Below, one piece after another: positions 56,301-64,000 of a stretch of 64,000 nt of DNA. Under the pieces are notes generated by a model. That model saw nothing but the letters and a program-made list of their open reading frames with translations. It ran no database searches and was not told the origin of the DNA. The stretch is from Bacteroidales bacterium. Its GTDB lineage: Bacteria; Bacteroidota; Bacteroidia; Bacteroidales; UBA10428. The stretch is taken from contig JAFGQZ010000014.1 of assembly GCA_016935435.1 (NCBI GenBank), forward strand, positions 41,532 through 105,531, given 5' to 3'. Positions within the stretch are counted from its first letter, which is position 1, and each line of letters starts with the position of its first letter. The translations under genes were made by a program, and so were the position numbers.

Positions 56301-59154
56301 TGCCAGGGCATATAATACACTTACCGGGTGCATAGGCCCGGCGGGAGTAACAAATATTAAAGTTTGGCCTGGTGAAACAGCTCCGGTTACAACAGCCGAT
56401 TCGGGATGCGGGCCAACAGCCTTTTCCCTTTCTGCACAACGCAACAATCCTTCAAACAGCTTATTCTGGTACGATTCTGATTATAACCTGGTATATATTG
56501 GCGATACACTTCAAACTTCATATATCGATTCCACAACCCGGTTTTATGTTGCCGAATTTAACCCTTTTACAAACTGCCTGAGCCCTATGTCGGAGCTGCC
56601 GGTAATTATTCATCCATTGCCGCCCATGCCTGCAACCGAAAATATTTCGCATTGCGGCCCGGTAGCAATATTGCTCAGCCCTGAACCTGATCCAAATATT
56701 TCAGAATTTCGTTGGTATAACGCACCTCTTGCTGGCGATCTGTTAGCCATTACCGATACTTTTCGAACACCTTTTCTTGCTTCAGATAAATCGTATTGGG
56801 TATCGGGGCATAACAGCGCCACTGGGTGCGAAGGCCCATTAAGGGAATTGAAAATAGAAATAAACCCATTGCCTGGGTTTATTGATATTCTTGGCCCTAC
56901 TGTTGTACTTAAAAACCAGTCGAACGTTATGTTTTTTACAATTAACGGCAGGCCTGGTTCGGCATATTTCTGGGATATTCCCGAAGAAATAAACCTGGAG
57001 TCGAACATGAACGATTTTGTTCGCCTGGGGTTTCCGGACACAGGTTCATTTGTAATTTCGGTATATGAGGTAACTGTGGATGGATGCATAGGTGCAACGG
57101 TATATCATGGAATAAGGGTAATTTCCGATTCGATGTCGGTTGATATTGGTGATTACGATCAGGCTTCGTGCACAGCCGATGCATTTGAAATTCAACCCTG
57201 GCTATTTGGTGGTACGCCCCCATATACTTTTTCGTGGACTGGCGACACTGAATACCTAACTTCGGCAAATACATTGTTTACAACCTTTAGCCCGCCAGGC
57301 ACCGGCGATTATTATTTGTACCTTGAAGTTGCCGATATCAACTTAAAGGTGGTGCGCGACTCGTTACACATTGTTGTGTTTGAGTCTCCTTTTACGGAAA
57401 TTAGTAATACCGATACTATTGCCTGTGTAGATGAAGCTTATCAGTTGCTTACCACTAATACAGGCTCTGGGCCGTTTTTGCATTACTGGAACGGGCCTGT
57501 GCAAAACCTTTCTAATTATACTATGCCCAATCCGGTATTTACTGCCCGACAGGCAGGTACTTACACATTTTCCCACATCCTTTCCGATGTAAACGGGTGC
57601 AAAGCGGTTGATACCATTACCCTTGTTTCCGACGCTCCAGTTGCCGGTTTTAATATTCTTACCGAACCCGGTTGCAGTCCATTAGCTGTAAATTTCGAAA
57701 ATACTTCCTCCGGCGCAGTTTCTTACCGATGGGATTTTGGGGATGGTACTACTACTACATATCCTGATCCGCAGCATTTGTTTATCAATAGCACACCTGA
57801 AATTAAATACCGCGAAGTAAGCTTAACAGTTACCAGCAGGTTAGGGTGTACCGATAAAGCAACAAACTTTGTTATGGTATGGCCAAACCCTACTGCTGAA
57901 ATTACTGCATTGCCGCAAACTTCGTGCAGCCCGGCACAGGTTATGCTGGTATCGACCCCTGGAAACACTCGTTATTACTGGAGTTTTGGAGATGGAAAAC
58001 CCGATACGGTTTCAGGAAGGTTTAGCGTTTACCATCAGTTTGTAAATAATAGTTTTTCCGACAAAACTTATAAAGCAAGGGTTATTACACAGTCGTCGTT
58101 AAATTGTTTCGATACGGCTGAGGTTGACATCACCGTTTATGCAACCCCTGTGGCTAGTTTCGAGGCAACACCACTAGAACAGATGTTTCCGGAGAATACT
58201 TTTGCTATTGACAACCTTACCAGTGGGAACTGGCGATATGCCTGGGATTTTGGCAATGGAAAAAGCTCTGTGCTGGCAAATCCTGGCAGTATTATATACG
58301 ACGAGCCAGGCTATTACACAATATCGTTGAGGGTTTCTGGCGATTATTGCTCCGACAGTGCCAGCACATCGGTAAGGCTCCGCCCGGCGCCACCCGTAGC
58401 GGCGTTTAAAGGTGCCGATGATGGCTGCATGCCACACACCATTACCCTTATTAATGAGTCGAGCTACGCCGATTCGTACTTATGGGATTTTGGCGATGGA
58501 AGCATTTCAACCGCCAAAGATCCCACATATACTTATTATCAGTCGGGCATTTATAAAATTAAACTTACTGTAAATGGGCCTGGTGGTGTGGCATCGTTCA
58601 GCGATACTGCAAGGGTACATATACTGCCCAATTCATTCTTTGATTTAGCACCGCGGCATGTTTATGTAAACGACCAACCGGTACATTATTTTAACTTGTC
58701 GGACAATGCCGATGTAATTGAATGGGATTTTGGTGATGGTTCAACATCGGCTGAGCATAACCCAAAACATGTATATAAGGAAACAGGAACTTATGATGTA
58801 ACACTCAAGGTGTGGACCATAAACAACTGCTTCGATTTATATGTGATGGAGAATGCAGTTTTTGCACAACCCTCGGGAATAGTTGAATTCCCGAATGCCT
58901 TCAGGCCTGCCTCCCCACTGGATGAAAACAGGGTCTTTAAGCCAGGCATAATCGATCATGTTGATGATTATCACCTGATGATTTTTAACCGCTGGGGGGA
59001 ACTTATTTTCGAAAGTTTCGATCAGGAAACTGGCTGGGACGGCTATTATAAGGGAAAACCTGCCAAACAGGATGTATATATCTGGAAAGTAAAAGGTACT
59101 TATACCGATGGGAAAGGCTTTATAAAAACCGGAAACGTAACCCTGCTTTATTAA
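53395..59154 (+). CDS. giant modular cell-surface protein (1919 aa) with a T9SS type-B (gliding-motility-associated) C-terminal domain
   Basis: Signal peptide, then tandem ~85-aa modules, five PKD-like repeats (WDFGDG / WSFGDG / WDFGNG) and a C-terminal FPNAFRPASP...FNRWGELIFES...GWDGYYKGKPAKQDVYIWKV...GNVTLLY. Confidence 0.9.
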   Translation: MKTTKLLTIFNLLLLFVQIEVSGQCELITVNGSNQAPSSVCAPVNFTMDANYQFMIPVDTSLVQILFVWNDGTGAETLVPGIWNAAHDSVWGFASHLYLPTDECSRTAEAILVYNGVECTSSGYQAQIFSTWGTDEENSGVLNTDPVVHYVCEGDDIVDVVFDDNSTFNCNISIEPDRPNRYYRWVQFVYNTYEQGGDRIPDVTIRDTGGVVHNMTDGLGLFLDDFFGPVVRIPIPADGPNQSSLPISAPAGGVAGDIFEITLRNWNVCNPYDNNPSDGIDPIDPINGDNPPILTTARIEIVAPPPVVVSDTFEFCTGDNILLNASAGAGTVRWYKDPAMDTFLFEGNTYNPAMPPMSVNTNLAGVYTFYVTSYEGFCESAPNQVTLVLHQSPQAADAGPDIIICNDSVLLNGNVPTAGTGLWSTSGTAIISNPANPQTSAVNLSFGPNTFTWTITNGPCTTSDNVIVISDRQPGPANAGNDTQLCDIASTNLSAAVPDLNGTGYWDIISGQGSISDSTNPSAVYSSPGHGQNMLLWRVSSQFGVCPVTTDTLIVTADFSAGIANAGINTVLCEQSSHSLSGNPPQNSGTGLWQVITGSGTINLPANSNANISSLSYGENIVSWTLSSLLGICPSNSDTVLIERYQSPGLADAGFDKAYCLQTQDTLAANAPLIGSGSWSVIENPSGVPPVFSPNSSVPGAIFSVSPGNEGRYELVWNMVNGPCYSRDTVVIDFGVPVPPAIAGPDTITCGYSYQMQGNSISRGLGTWLLIDGPGTVNYQPDKNTSNAIVNFQAGTEGPFQFEWKLTSGSCPPTADSLTVTIKKAPMPPIVPKLQSCGPDSFTILLAASDPHYEAFWYDTLTGGSPIYRGFEFNTGEVSTTSSLYVSFFDNLTACESSRSELGIVIDQVPALPVLTSDTLCGSGQAVLYAIALPPANRVIWYRSDTAAQAVDTGFVLLTDNIVSDTQIFARAYNTLTGCIGPAGVTNIKVWPGETAPVTTADSGCGPTAFSLSAQRNNPSNSLFWYDSDYNLVYIGDTLQTSYIDSTTRFYVAEFNPFTNCLSPMSELPVIIHPLPPMPATENISHCGPVAILLSPEPDPNISEFRWYNAPLAGDLLAITDTFRTPFLASDKSYWVSGHNSATGCEGPLRELKIEINPLPGFIDILGPTVVLKNQSNVMFFTINGRPGSAYFWDIPEEINLESNMNDFVRLGFPDTGSFVISVYEVTVDGCIGATVYHGIRVISDSMSVDIGDYDQASCTADAFEIQPWLFGGTPPYTFSWTGDTEYLTSANTLFTTFSPPGTGDYYLYLEVADINLKVVRDSLHIVVFESPFTEISNTDTIACVDEAYQLLTTNTGSGPFLHYWNGPVQNLSNYTMPNPVFTARQAGTYTFSHILSDVNGCKAVDTITLVSDAPVAGFNILTEPGCSPLAVNFENTSSGAVSYRWDFGDGTTTTYPDPQHLFINSTPEIKYREVSLTVTSRLGCTDKATNFVMVWPNPTAEITALPQTSCSPAQVMLVSTPGNTRYYWSFGDGKPDTVSGRFSVYHQFVNNSFSDKTYKARVITQSSLNCFDTAEVDITVYATPVASFEATPLEQMFPENTFAIDNLTSGNWRYAWDFGNGKSSVLANPGSIIYDEPGYYTISLRVSGDYCSDSASTSVRLRPAPPVAAFKGADDGCMPHTITLINESSYADSYLWDFGDGSISTAKDPTYTYYQSGIYKIKLTVNGPGGVASFSDTARVHILPNSFFDLAPRHVYVNDQPVHYFNLSDNADVIEWDFGDGSTSAEHNPKHVYKETGTYDVTLKVWTINNCFDLYVMENAVFAQPSGIVEFPNAFRPASPLDENRVFKPGIIDHVDDYHLMIFNRWGELIFESFDQETGWDGYYKGKPAKQDVYIWKVKGTYTDGKGFIKTGNVTLLY
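54571..55866 (+). repeat. five tandem ~86-aa coding repeats (A-x-A-G-x-D...C...G-T/S-G-x-W...C...D-x-V type)
   Basis: The modules begin QAADAGPDIIIC, PANAGNDTQLC, IANAGINTVLC, LADAGFDKAYC and AIAGPDTITC. Each has a conserved GTG.W, a second Cys and a terminal D..V.I. Confidence 0.75.
55867..56874 (+). repeat. four tandem ~84-aa Ig-like coding repeats (C-G...W-Y...C-x-S type); a fifth copy lies at 54304-54570
   Basis: Each module has a pattern of CGP/CGSG, then FWYD/IWYR/RWYN, then TACES/TGCIG/TNCLS/TGCEG. The same pattern occurs in FCTGD..VRWYKD..GFCES upstream. Confidence 0.7.
57634..58872 (+). repeat. five tandem PKD-like domains
   Basis: Periodic ~83-aa units containing V.F.N.S....Y.WDFGDG....NP.H.Y...G.Y.V.L.V. 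Confidence 0.8.
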
Positions 59155-59196
59155 AAATGGAAGTGTGTTGAAAGTATTTATTTTCAGTATTGTACG

Positions 59197-60201
59197 ATGA
59201 AGAAAAAGTGGGCTATATTATTGTTTTTAATAACAGTTTCTATTTTGTGCATTGCGCAGGATGCCCATTTTTCGAGGTTTTATTCTAACCCCCTTTATCT
59301 GGCACCTTCGTTTGCCGGAAGCACTGGTAAAAACCGCTTGTCGGCCAGTTATCGCAATCAATGGCCAGAAATAGAGGTGGGCTATAAAACCTATTCATTT
59401 GCTTTTGACCATTATTTCGAAAGGGTCCGCTCCGGTGTGGGGGTTTTGTTCCTGAACGATGTTGCCGGTTCGGGAAACCTGAGCACTACCAACTTTGGTA
59501 TTTTGTACAATTACGACTTCAGAATATCAAATACCGTTCATGTCAGGCCGGGGATGCACCTGCTTTATACGCAACGCAGTATCGATTTTAACCGTCTTTT
59601 ATGGCGCGACCAGATGTCGGTTGCTGGCAATGCACCAGGTTCGGGCGAAGTTGTGCCTTTTGAACGGGTAGGCGATATCGATTTTTCCAGTTCCCTTCTT
59701 GCCTATGGCGATATGTTTTGGATTGGTTTTTCTGCCGACCACCTGCTTAGGCCTAACCAATCGCTGTATTACTTTGAGTACTCCGACTTAAACCTTGCCC
59801 GTGTTCCGGTTAAAGTTCAATTTTTCGGCGGTACAAGGCACATTGTAAAACAATCGCTTTTACGCCCCACCCCAACGGTATTGCAATGGGCATTTCTTTA
59901 TAAAAAACAGGAAGATTTTCAGCAGCTCGATCTTGGGTTTTATTATCATTACAGCCCGGTAGTACTTGGTATATGGTACAGGGGGGTGCCTGTTGTAAAA
60001 AGCAATAAACTTAACGATGCAATTATTTTGCTTGCCGGCTTAAAAACCAACCAGTACAATATCGGTTACAGTTACGATTTTACTGTTTCACGATTAATTA
60101 CATCAACGGGCGGTAGCCACGAAATTTCTGTATCATATACTTTCGGCAAACCATCGAAAAAGAAAAAGCCAAAAAAAATGGTTCCCTGCCCCGAGTTTTA
60201 A
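59197..60201 (+). CDS. PorP/SprF family type IX secretion system membrane protein
   Basis: Signal peptide followed by AQDAHFSRFYSNPLYLAPSFAG, the family N-terminal signature. Barrel-like sequence, sited directly downstream of a type-B CTD cargo gene. Confidence 0.85.
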   Translation: MKKKWAILLFLITVSILCIAQDAHFSRFYSNPLYLAPSFAGSTGKNRLSASYRNQWPEIEVGYKTYSFAFDHYFERVRSGVGVLFLNDVAGSGNLSTTNFGILYNYDFRISNTVHVRPGMHLLYTQRSIDFNRLLWRDQMSVAGNAPGSGEVVPFERVGDIDFSSSLLAYGDMFWIGFSADHLLRPNQSLYYFEYSDLNLARVPVKVQFFGGTRHIVKQSLLRPTPTVLQWAFLYKKQEDFQQLDLGFYYHYSPVVLGIWYRGVPVVKSNKLNDAIILLAGLKTNQYNIGYSYDFTVSRLITSTGGSHEISVSYTFGKPSKKKKPKKMVPCPEF

Positions 60202-60231
60202 GAAATTAATGAATTAAGCAATAATTGAACT

Positions 60232-61257
60232 TTACAAGTTTTTTCTCCTTTGTGTCGATCCCCGAACAATTAGCTCGGTTTTTATTTGCTCTACCCTGGT
60301 TTCGATGTCGGTTTCGCTTTGAATACGTTCCATAAGCATGGTTGCGGCTTTCTGCCCCATAATAAAACCGTGCTGCTCAATAGTGGTTAGAGGCGGGTCG
60401 GTCATATTGGTGTAAATGCTGTTACTGAAGCCGGCAATGGCAATATCTTGGGGTATTGAATAGCCCGAACGTTTTATGATTGACATGGCTGTAATGGCTG
60501 TCAAATCGTTCACTGCAAAAATACCATCGATTTTCTTCTCCAGCGAAAGCAGGTATGGGATACACTTTTTTGCGTGTTGGTCGGTATCGCAACGCAAAAT
60601 AATTTCTTCATCGACTTCTATGCCGCAGTCTTTTAGTGCTTGAATATAGCCGTTTTTCCGGTTTCGCCCGATAAGCAGCTCCTGGCTTGTGGCCAAATGT
60701 GCAATGCGGCTGCATCCGGCCTCCACCAAGTGCTTAACAGCCTTGTATGAGCCGGTATAGTCGTCAACGATAACCCTGTCGGTATTCGGTATATTGCACA
60801 CACGATCGTAAAAAACCAGCGGTATGTTACTGTTTTTAAGTTCGTAATAATGATCGAATTTGTTTGTTGTTTTCGATACCGATGCCAATACACCATCAAC
60901 ACGCTTTGAAAGAAGGGTGTGTACCACATGAACTTCCTTATCGTAATCTTCGTTCGACTGGCAGATAAGTACCGAAAACCCCGATTTATAGGCTATATCT
61001 TCGATTCCGCTTATTACCGAGCTAAAGAAATGGTGCACCAGTTCCGGAATAATAACCCCAATGGTTTTGGTAAGGCTGTTTCTGAGGCTAAGTGCAATAG
61101 CATTGGGTTCGTAATGAAGTTCTTCGGCCAGTTTCTTAACCGCTTTTCGGGTTTTCGGGCTTATATCGGGATGATCTTTCAGCGCCCTTGATACAGTTGA
61201 AGGCGAAATGCCCAGAATTCGGGCAATATCTTTTATGGTGGCCTGGTTGCTCTTCAT
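60232..61257 (-). CDS. LacI family transcriptional regulator
   Basis: ATG at 61257. HTH ATIKDIARILGISPSTVSRALKDH followed by a periplasmic-binding-fold effector domain. Confidence 0.85.
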   Translation of the reverse strand: MKSNQATIKDIARILGISPSTVSRALKDHPDISPKTRKAVKKLAEELHYEPNAIALSLRNSLTKTIGVIIPELVHHFFSSVISGIEDIAYKSGFSVLICQSNEDYDKEVHVVHTLLSKRVDGVLASVSKTTNKFDHYYELKNSNIPLVFYDRVCNIPNTDRVIVDDYTGSYKAVKHLVEAGCSRIAHLATSQELLIGRNRKNGYIQALKDCGIEVDEEIILRCDTDQHAKKCIPYLLSLEKKIDGIFAVNDLTAITAMSIIKRSGYSIPQDIAIAGFSNSIYTNMTDPPLTTIEQHGFIMGQKAATMLMERIQSETDIETRVEQIKTELIVRGSTQRRKNL

Positions 61258-61328
61258 TATTTGATTCTCAAACGGGTTTGGTTTGGTTTTTATGTGAAGC
61301 AATAAACTTAGTAAAACGCAGTGGTTTC

Positions 61329-61342
61329 CGCAAACGTTTGTG
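61329..61342. promoter_or_regulatory. candidate LacI-family operator
   Basis: Perfect 10-bp palindrome CAAACGTTTG (61331-61340) with a central CG, extended to CGCAAACGTTTGTG. It sits between the divergent LacI gene and the GH13 gene. Confidence 0.55.
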
Positions 61343-61430
61343 ATGATTTCCAGGTATTTTTATAAGCTATACAGATGGCCGTTTTTACGAACATCGATAA
61401 ATTCGATTTTTTAATATAACTGAAAAAGCC

Positions 61431-64000
61431 ATGAAACTATACCAGTGCATAATATATTCTTTTCTCATATTGGCATTTATTATTCCTGTCTCAGGCCAGC
61501 CCATAAACTCTGTGCCGGTTTTTCCTGCCATAAACGACGAAATTACAGTGCGTATCGATATTGATAAATGTACCCGTAAAGATTTGTTGAACTTTACCGG
61601 GGAAGTATATGCACATACAGGAGTAAAAATTACAAGCAGCAACAGCTGGCAATATGTTGTTGCCCCCTGGGAAGAGAACATTTCCAAAGCAAAGTGTACC
61701 CGTGTAAGCAGCAATGTTTACGAATTAACACTTTCGCCCGATGCATATACTTATTATGGAATTTCAGCCACCGATACAGTTACACACCTGGCATTTGTTT
61801 TGCGTAGTGGCGATCGCTCAAAACAAACAGAAGATTTGTTCCTGGCCGTTTACAAAGAAGGACTATCGGTAAAATTCGACAAACCTTCCGAAACCCTCTT
61901 TGTTGTGAAGGGTGAGCCCATTGAGGTAAACGCTTCGTCAGTGGCTATAGGAACTCCTGTGGCCGACAGTATCATGTTGTATGTCGATAACGAAATTGTG
62001 CATACATCATATAACGATACCCTGAAAACAACTTTCAATGCTGGTTCATCCGGCCTCCATTGGGCAAAAATAATTGCAATTAACCCGGCATATACGATTG
62101 CCGATTCTGTTAGCTTTTTTGTACTTAATGAAATTACCACCGCCGAATTGCCTGAAGGAAACCGTTTTGGCATTAACTACCTGAATGACTCTACTGTTAC
62201 CCTTGCTTTGTATGCCCCGGGCAAAGATGCTGTTTTTGTTATAGGCGATTTTAACAATTGGGAAGCCGACAACAATTACCTGATGAGCCGCAGCAGCGAT
62301 GGCACAACCTGGTGGATTACACTTTCGGGGCTTATTCCTGGAGAAGAATACGCTTTCCAGTATTTTATTGATGGTTCAATAAGGGTTGCCGACCTGTATT
62401 CCGAGAAAATTCTTGACCCCTGGAACGACAAATATATTTCAACAACAACCTATCCGATGCTGAAGGCTTATCCTACGGGCAAAACAACAAATATTGCAGG
62501 GGTACTGCAAACACCACCGCCCCAATACGATTGGCAAACCGGAAGTTTTGCCGTTCCCGGTACATCATCGCTTGTAATTTATGAACTGCACATACAGAAT
62601 TTTACCAGCGCAGCTAATATTAAAACCATTACCGACACCCTTGATTATTTACAAAACCTGGGAGTTAATGCCATTGAACTGATGCCGGTGAATGAATTTG
62701 AAGGAAATATCAGCTGGGGCTATAACCCCTCGTTTTATTTTGCATTCGATAAGGCCTACGGAACCAAAAACGATTTGAAGGCATTTGTCGATGCCTGCCA
62801 TTCGAGGGGCATAGCTGTTATTATCGACATGGTGCTAAACCATTCTTATAGCCAGTGCCCCCTGGTGCAGATGTATTGGGACGGAAGCAATGTAACGGCC
62901 GATAACCCCTGGTACAACTCAAACTGCCCCCATAGAAACTGGTGCTGGGGATACGATTTTAACCACGAAAGCCCGGCCACCCGCTATTTTGTTGACAGGG
63001 TGAACGAGTACTGGCTTACCGAATACAAGGTTGACGGCTTCCGGTTTGATTTTACGAAAGGGTTTACCAATAAAGCCGATGCCGATGCCTGGGGGCCGGA
63101 TGCTTCCCGCATAGCAATTTTAAAGCGTATGGCCAATGCTATTTGGGAAGTGAAAAATGATGCCATTGTAATTTTTGAGCACATGGCTGATAATACTGAA
63201 GAAAAAGAACTTGCCGAATATGGCATATTGCTCTGGGGCAATATGAACTGCAATTATAACGAAGCTACCATGGGATATAACGAAGGCAATAAATCGGACT
63301 TCTCATGGGGAGTTTACAGCAGCCGGGGTTGGAATACCCCTTCGCTAATAACATACATGGAAAGCCACGATGAAGAAAGGCTGATGTATAAAAACAAGGT
63401 TTACGGAAACTCAAATACACTGTACGATACAAAAGAAACCGAAACCGCCCTGAGGCGCATGGAAACAGCTGCTGCATTCTTCTTTACCATTCCCGGCCCT
63501 AAAATGATTTGGGAATGGTGCGAACTAGGATACGATTACAGTATCAATACCTGTGCCGACGGAACGGTTGGCGATTGCAGGCTTGCCCTGAAACCGGTCA
63601 GGTGGGATTATTATACCGATCAAAACCGACACAGGCTTTACCAGGTTTATAAAGCCCTTATTGCATTTAAAAAAACAGAATTTTGTTCTACAGCCGATTT
63701 TACCTACAATTTCAGTGGCGCATTAAAGAAATTACACCTGAACCTGCCTGCGGCTTATGCCACAATTATAGGCAATTTTGGGATCACTAACGGAAATATC
63801 GATCCGGAATTCCAGCATACCGGGTCATGGTATGACTACTTAACTGGCGAAACCCTGGAAGTAACAGATGTAAATGCCCTCATAAAGCTTCGACCTGGCG
63901 AATACCGTATTTACACCGATATTCAGCTTTTGTTGCCTGATGTACCTGAAGCCCCCGAACTGCCCGATGTTTCATCTGTTGAACATATTTCAACAGATGA
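61431..64000 (+). CDS. secreted alpha-amylase family (GH13) protein with N-terminal Ig/CBM48-like domains; 3' end runs off the window
   Basis: Not in the ORF track because the frame is open to the window end. Hand translation from the ATG at 61431 gives a signal peptide. It also gives TVTLALYAPGKDAVFVIGDFNNWE, region I VIIDMVLNHS, region II GFRFDFTKG, region III IVIFEHM and region IV YMESHDEE. Confidence 0.85.
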   Translation, partial: MKLYQCIIYSFLILAFIIPVSGQPINSVPVFPAINDEITVRIDIDKCTRKDLLNFTGEVYAHTGVKITSSNSWQYVVAPWEENISKAKCTRVSSNVYELTLSPDAYTYYGISATDTVTHLAFVLRSGDRSKQTEDLFLAVYKEGLSVKFDKPSETLFVVKGEPIEVNASSVAIGTPVADSIMLYVDNEIVHTSYNDTLKTTFNAGSSGLHWAKIIAINPAYTIADSVSFFVLNEITTAELPEGNRFGINYLNDSTVTLALYAPGKDAVFVIGDFNNWEADNNYLMSRSSDGTTWWITLSGLIPGEEYAFQYFIDGSIRVADLYSEKILDPWNDKYISTTTYPMLKAYPTGKTTNIAGVLQTPPPQYDWQTGSFAVPGTSSLVIYELHIQNFTSAANIKTITDTLDYLQNLGVNAIELMPVNEFEGNISWGYNPSFYFAFDKAYGTKNDLKAFVDACHSRGIAVIIDMVLNHSYSQCPLVQMYWDGSNVTADNPWYNSNCPHRNWCWGYDFNHESPATRYFVDRVNEYWLTEYKVDGFRFDFTKGFTNKADADAWGPDASRIAILKRMANAIWEVKNDAIVIFEHMADNTEEKELAEYGILLWGNMNCNYNEATMGYNEGNKSDFSWGVYSSRGWNTPSLITYMESHDEERLMYKNKVYGNSNTLYDTKETETALRRMETAAAFFFTIPGPKMIWEWCELGYDYSINTCADGTVGDCRLALKPVRWDYYTDQNRHRLYQVYKALIAFKKTEFCSTADFTYNFSGALKKLHLNLPAAYATIIGNFGITNGNIDPEFQHTGSWYDYLTGETLEVTDVNALIKLRPGEYRIYTDIQLLLPDVPEAPELPDVSSVEHISTD

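Noticed and set aside
61385-63477. Minus-strand ORFs 61385-61714, 61850-62173, 62984-63253 and 63265-63477
   Set aside because: They are antisense to the open-ended + strand GH13 gene, which shows all four alpha-amylase conserved regions. The track omits that gene only because it has no stop in the window.
1-64000. Looked for CRISPR arrays, IS elements or transposases, integrases, phage genes, toxin-antitoxin pairs, restriction-modification or other defence modules, and invertible-promoter style long inverted repeats upstream of the surface-protein genes
   Set aside because: None found by eye. The only repeats seen are short intergenic motifs and intragenic domain repeats. The single SAM methyltransferase has no nuclease, specificity or ATPase partner.

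Overview
This 64-kb window reads as a mostly core chromosomal segment of a Bacteroidota genome. The evidence is type IX secretion (T9SS) C-terminal sorting domains, a PorP/SprF gene, TAnnTTTG -7 promoter boxes close to many start codons, the DapL lysine route, and about 40% GC by eye. About 50 protein genes can be called, most of them housekeeping: lysA, a dapF-like gene, dapL, tsaC, tsaB, queD, yidD, mutL, tyrS, efp, hppA, trxA, dnaE, rpsP, rimM and cvpA. There is one tRNA-Arg(CCU) and several clear intrinsic terminators. The + strand ORFs at both window edges run off the window: a barrel-like protein at the 5' edge and a GH13 amylase-family gene at the 3' edge, which the ORF track misses. 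I see no rRNA, CRISPR array, transposase, integrase, phage genes or recognisable defence genes, and no convincing new multi-gene system. The points most worth follow-up are: (1) a DapF-fold protein inside the lysine cluster with Ser at both catalytic Cys positions; (2) a DnaE with an N-terminal DEDDh exonuclease domain and an apparently intact PHP site; (3) a 1919-aa modular T9SS type-B cargo protein with a PorP/SprF partner and three phased 21-bp direct repeats upstream; (4) a GxGYxYP/PA14/ricin/PA14 T9SS cargo protein with a terminator-like leader hairpin; (5) a CotH-kinase lipoprotein locus with a decayed ORF and an orphan XylF-like binding protein; (6) a DoxX plus Tat-exported Gfo/Idh/MocA pair; (7) small repeat and palindrome clusters in intergenic DNA. 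All family assignments come from motif recognition by eye, not database searches.
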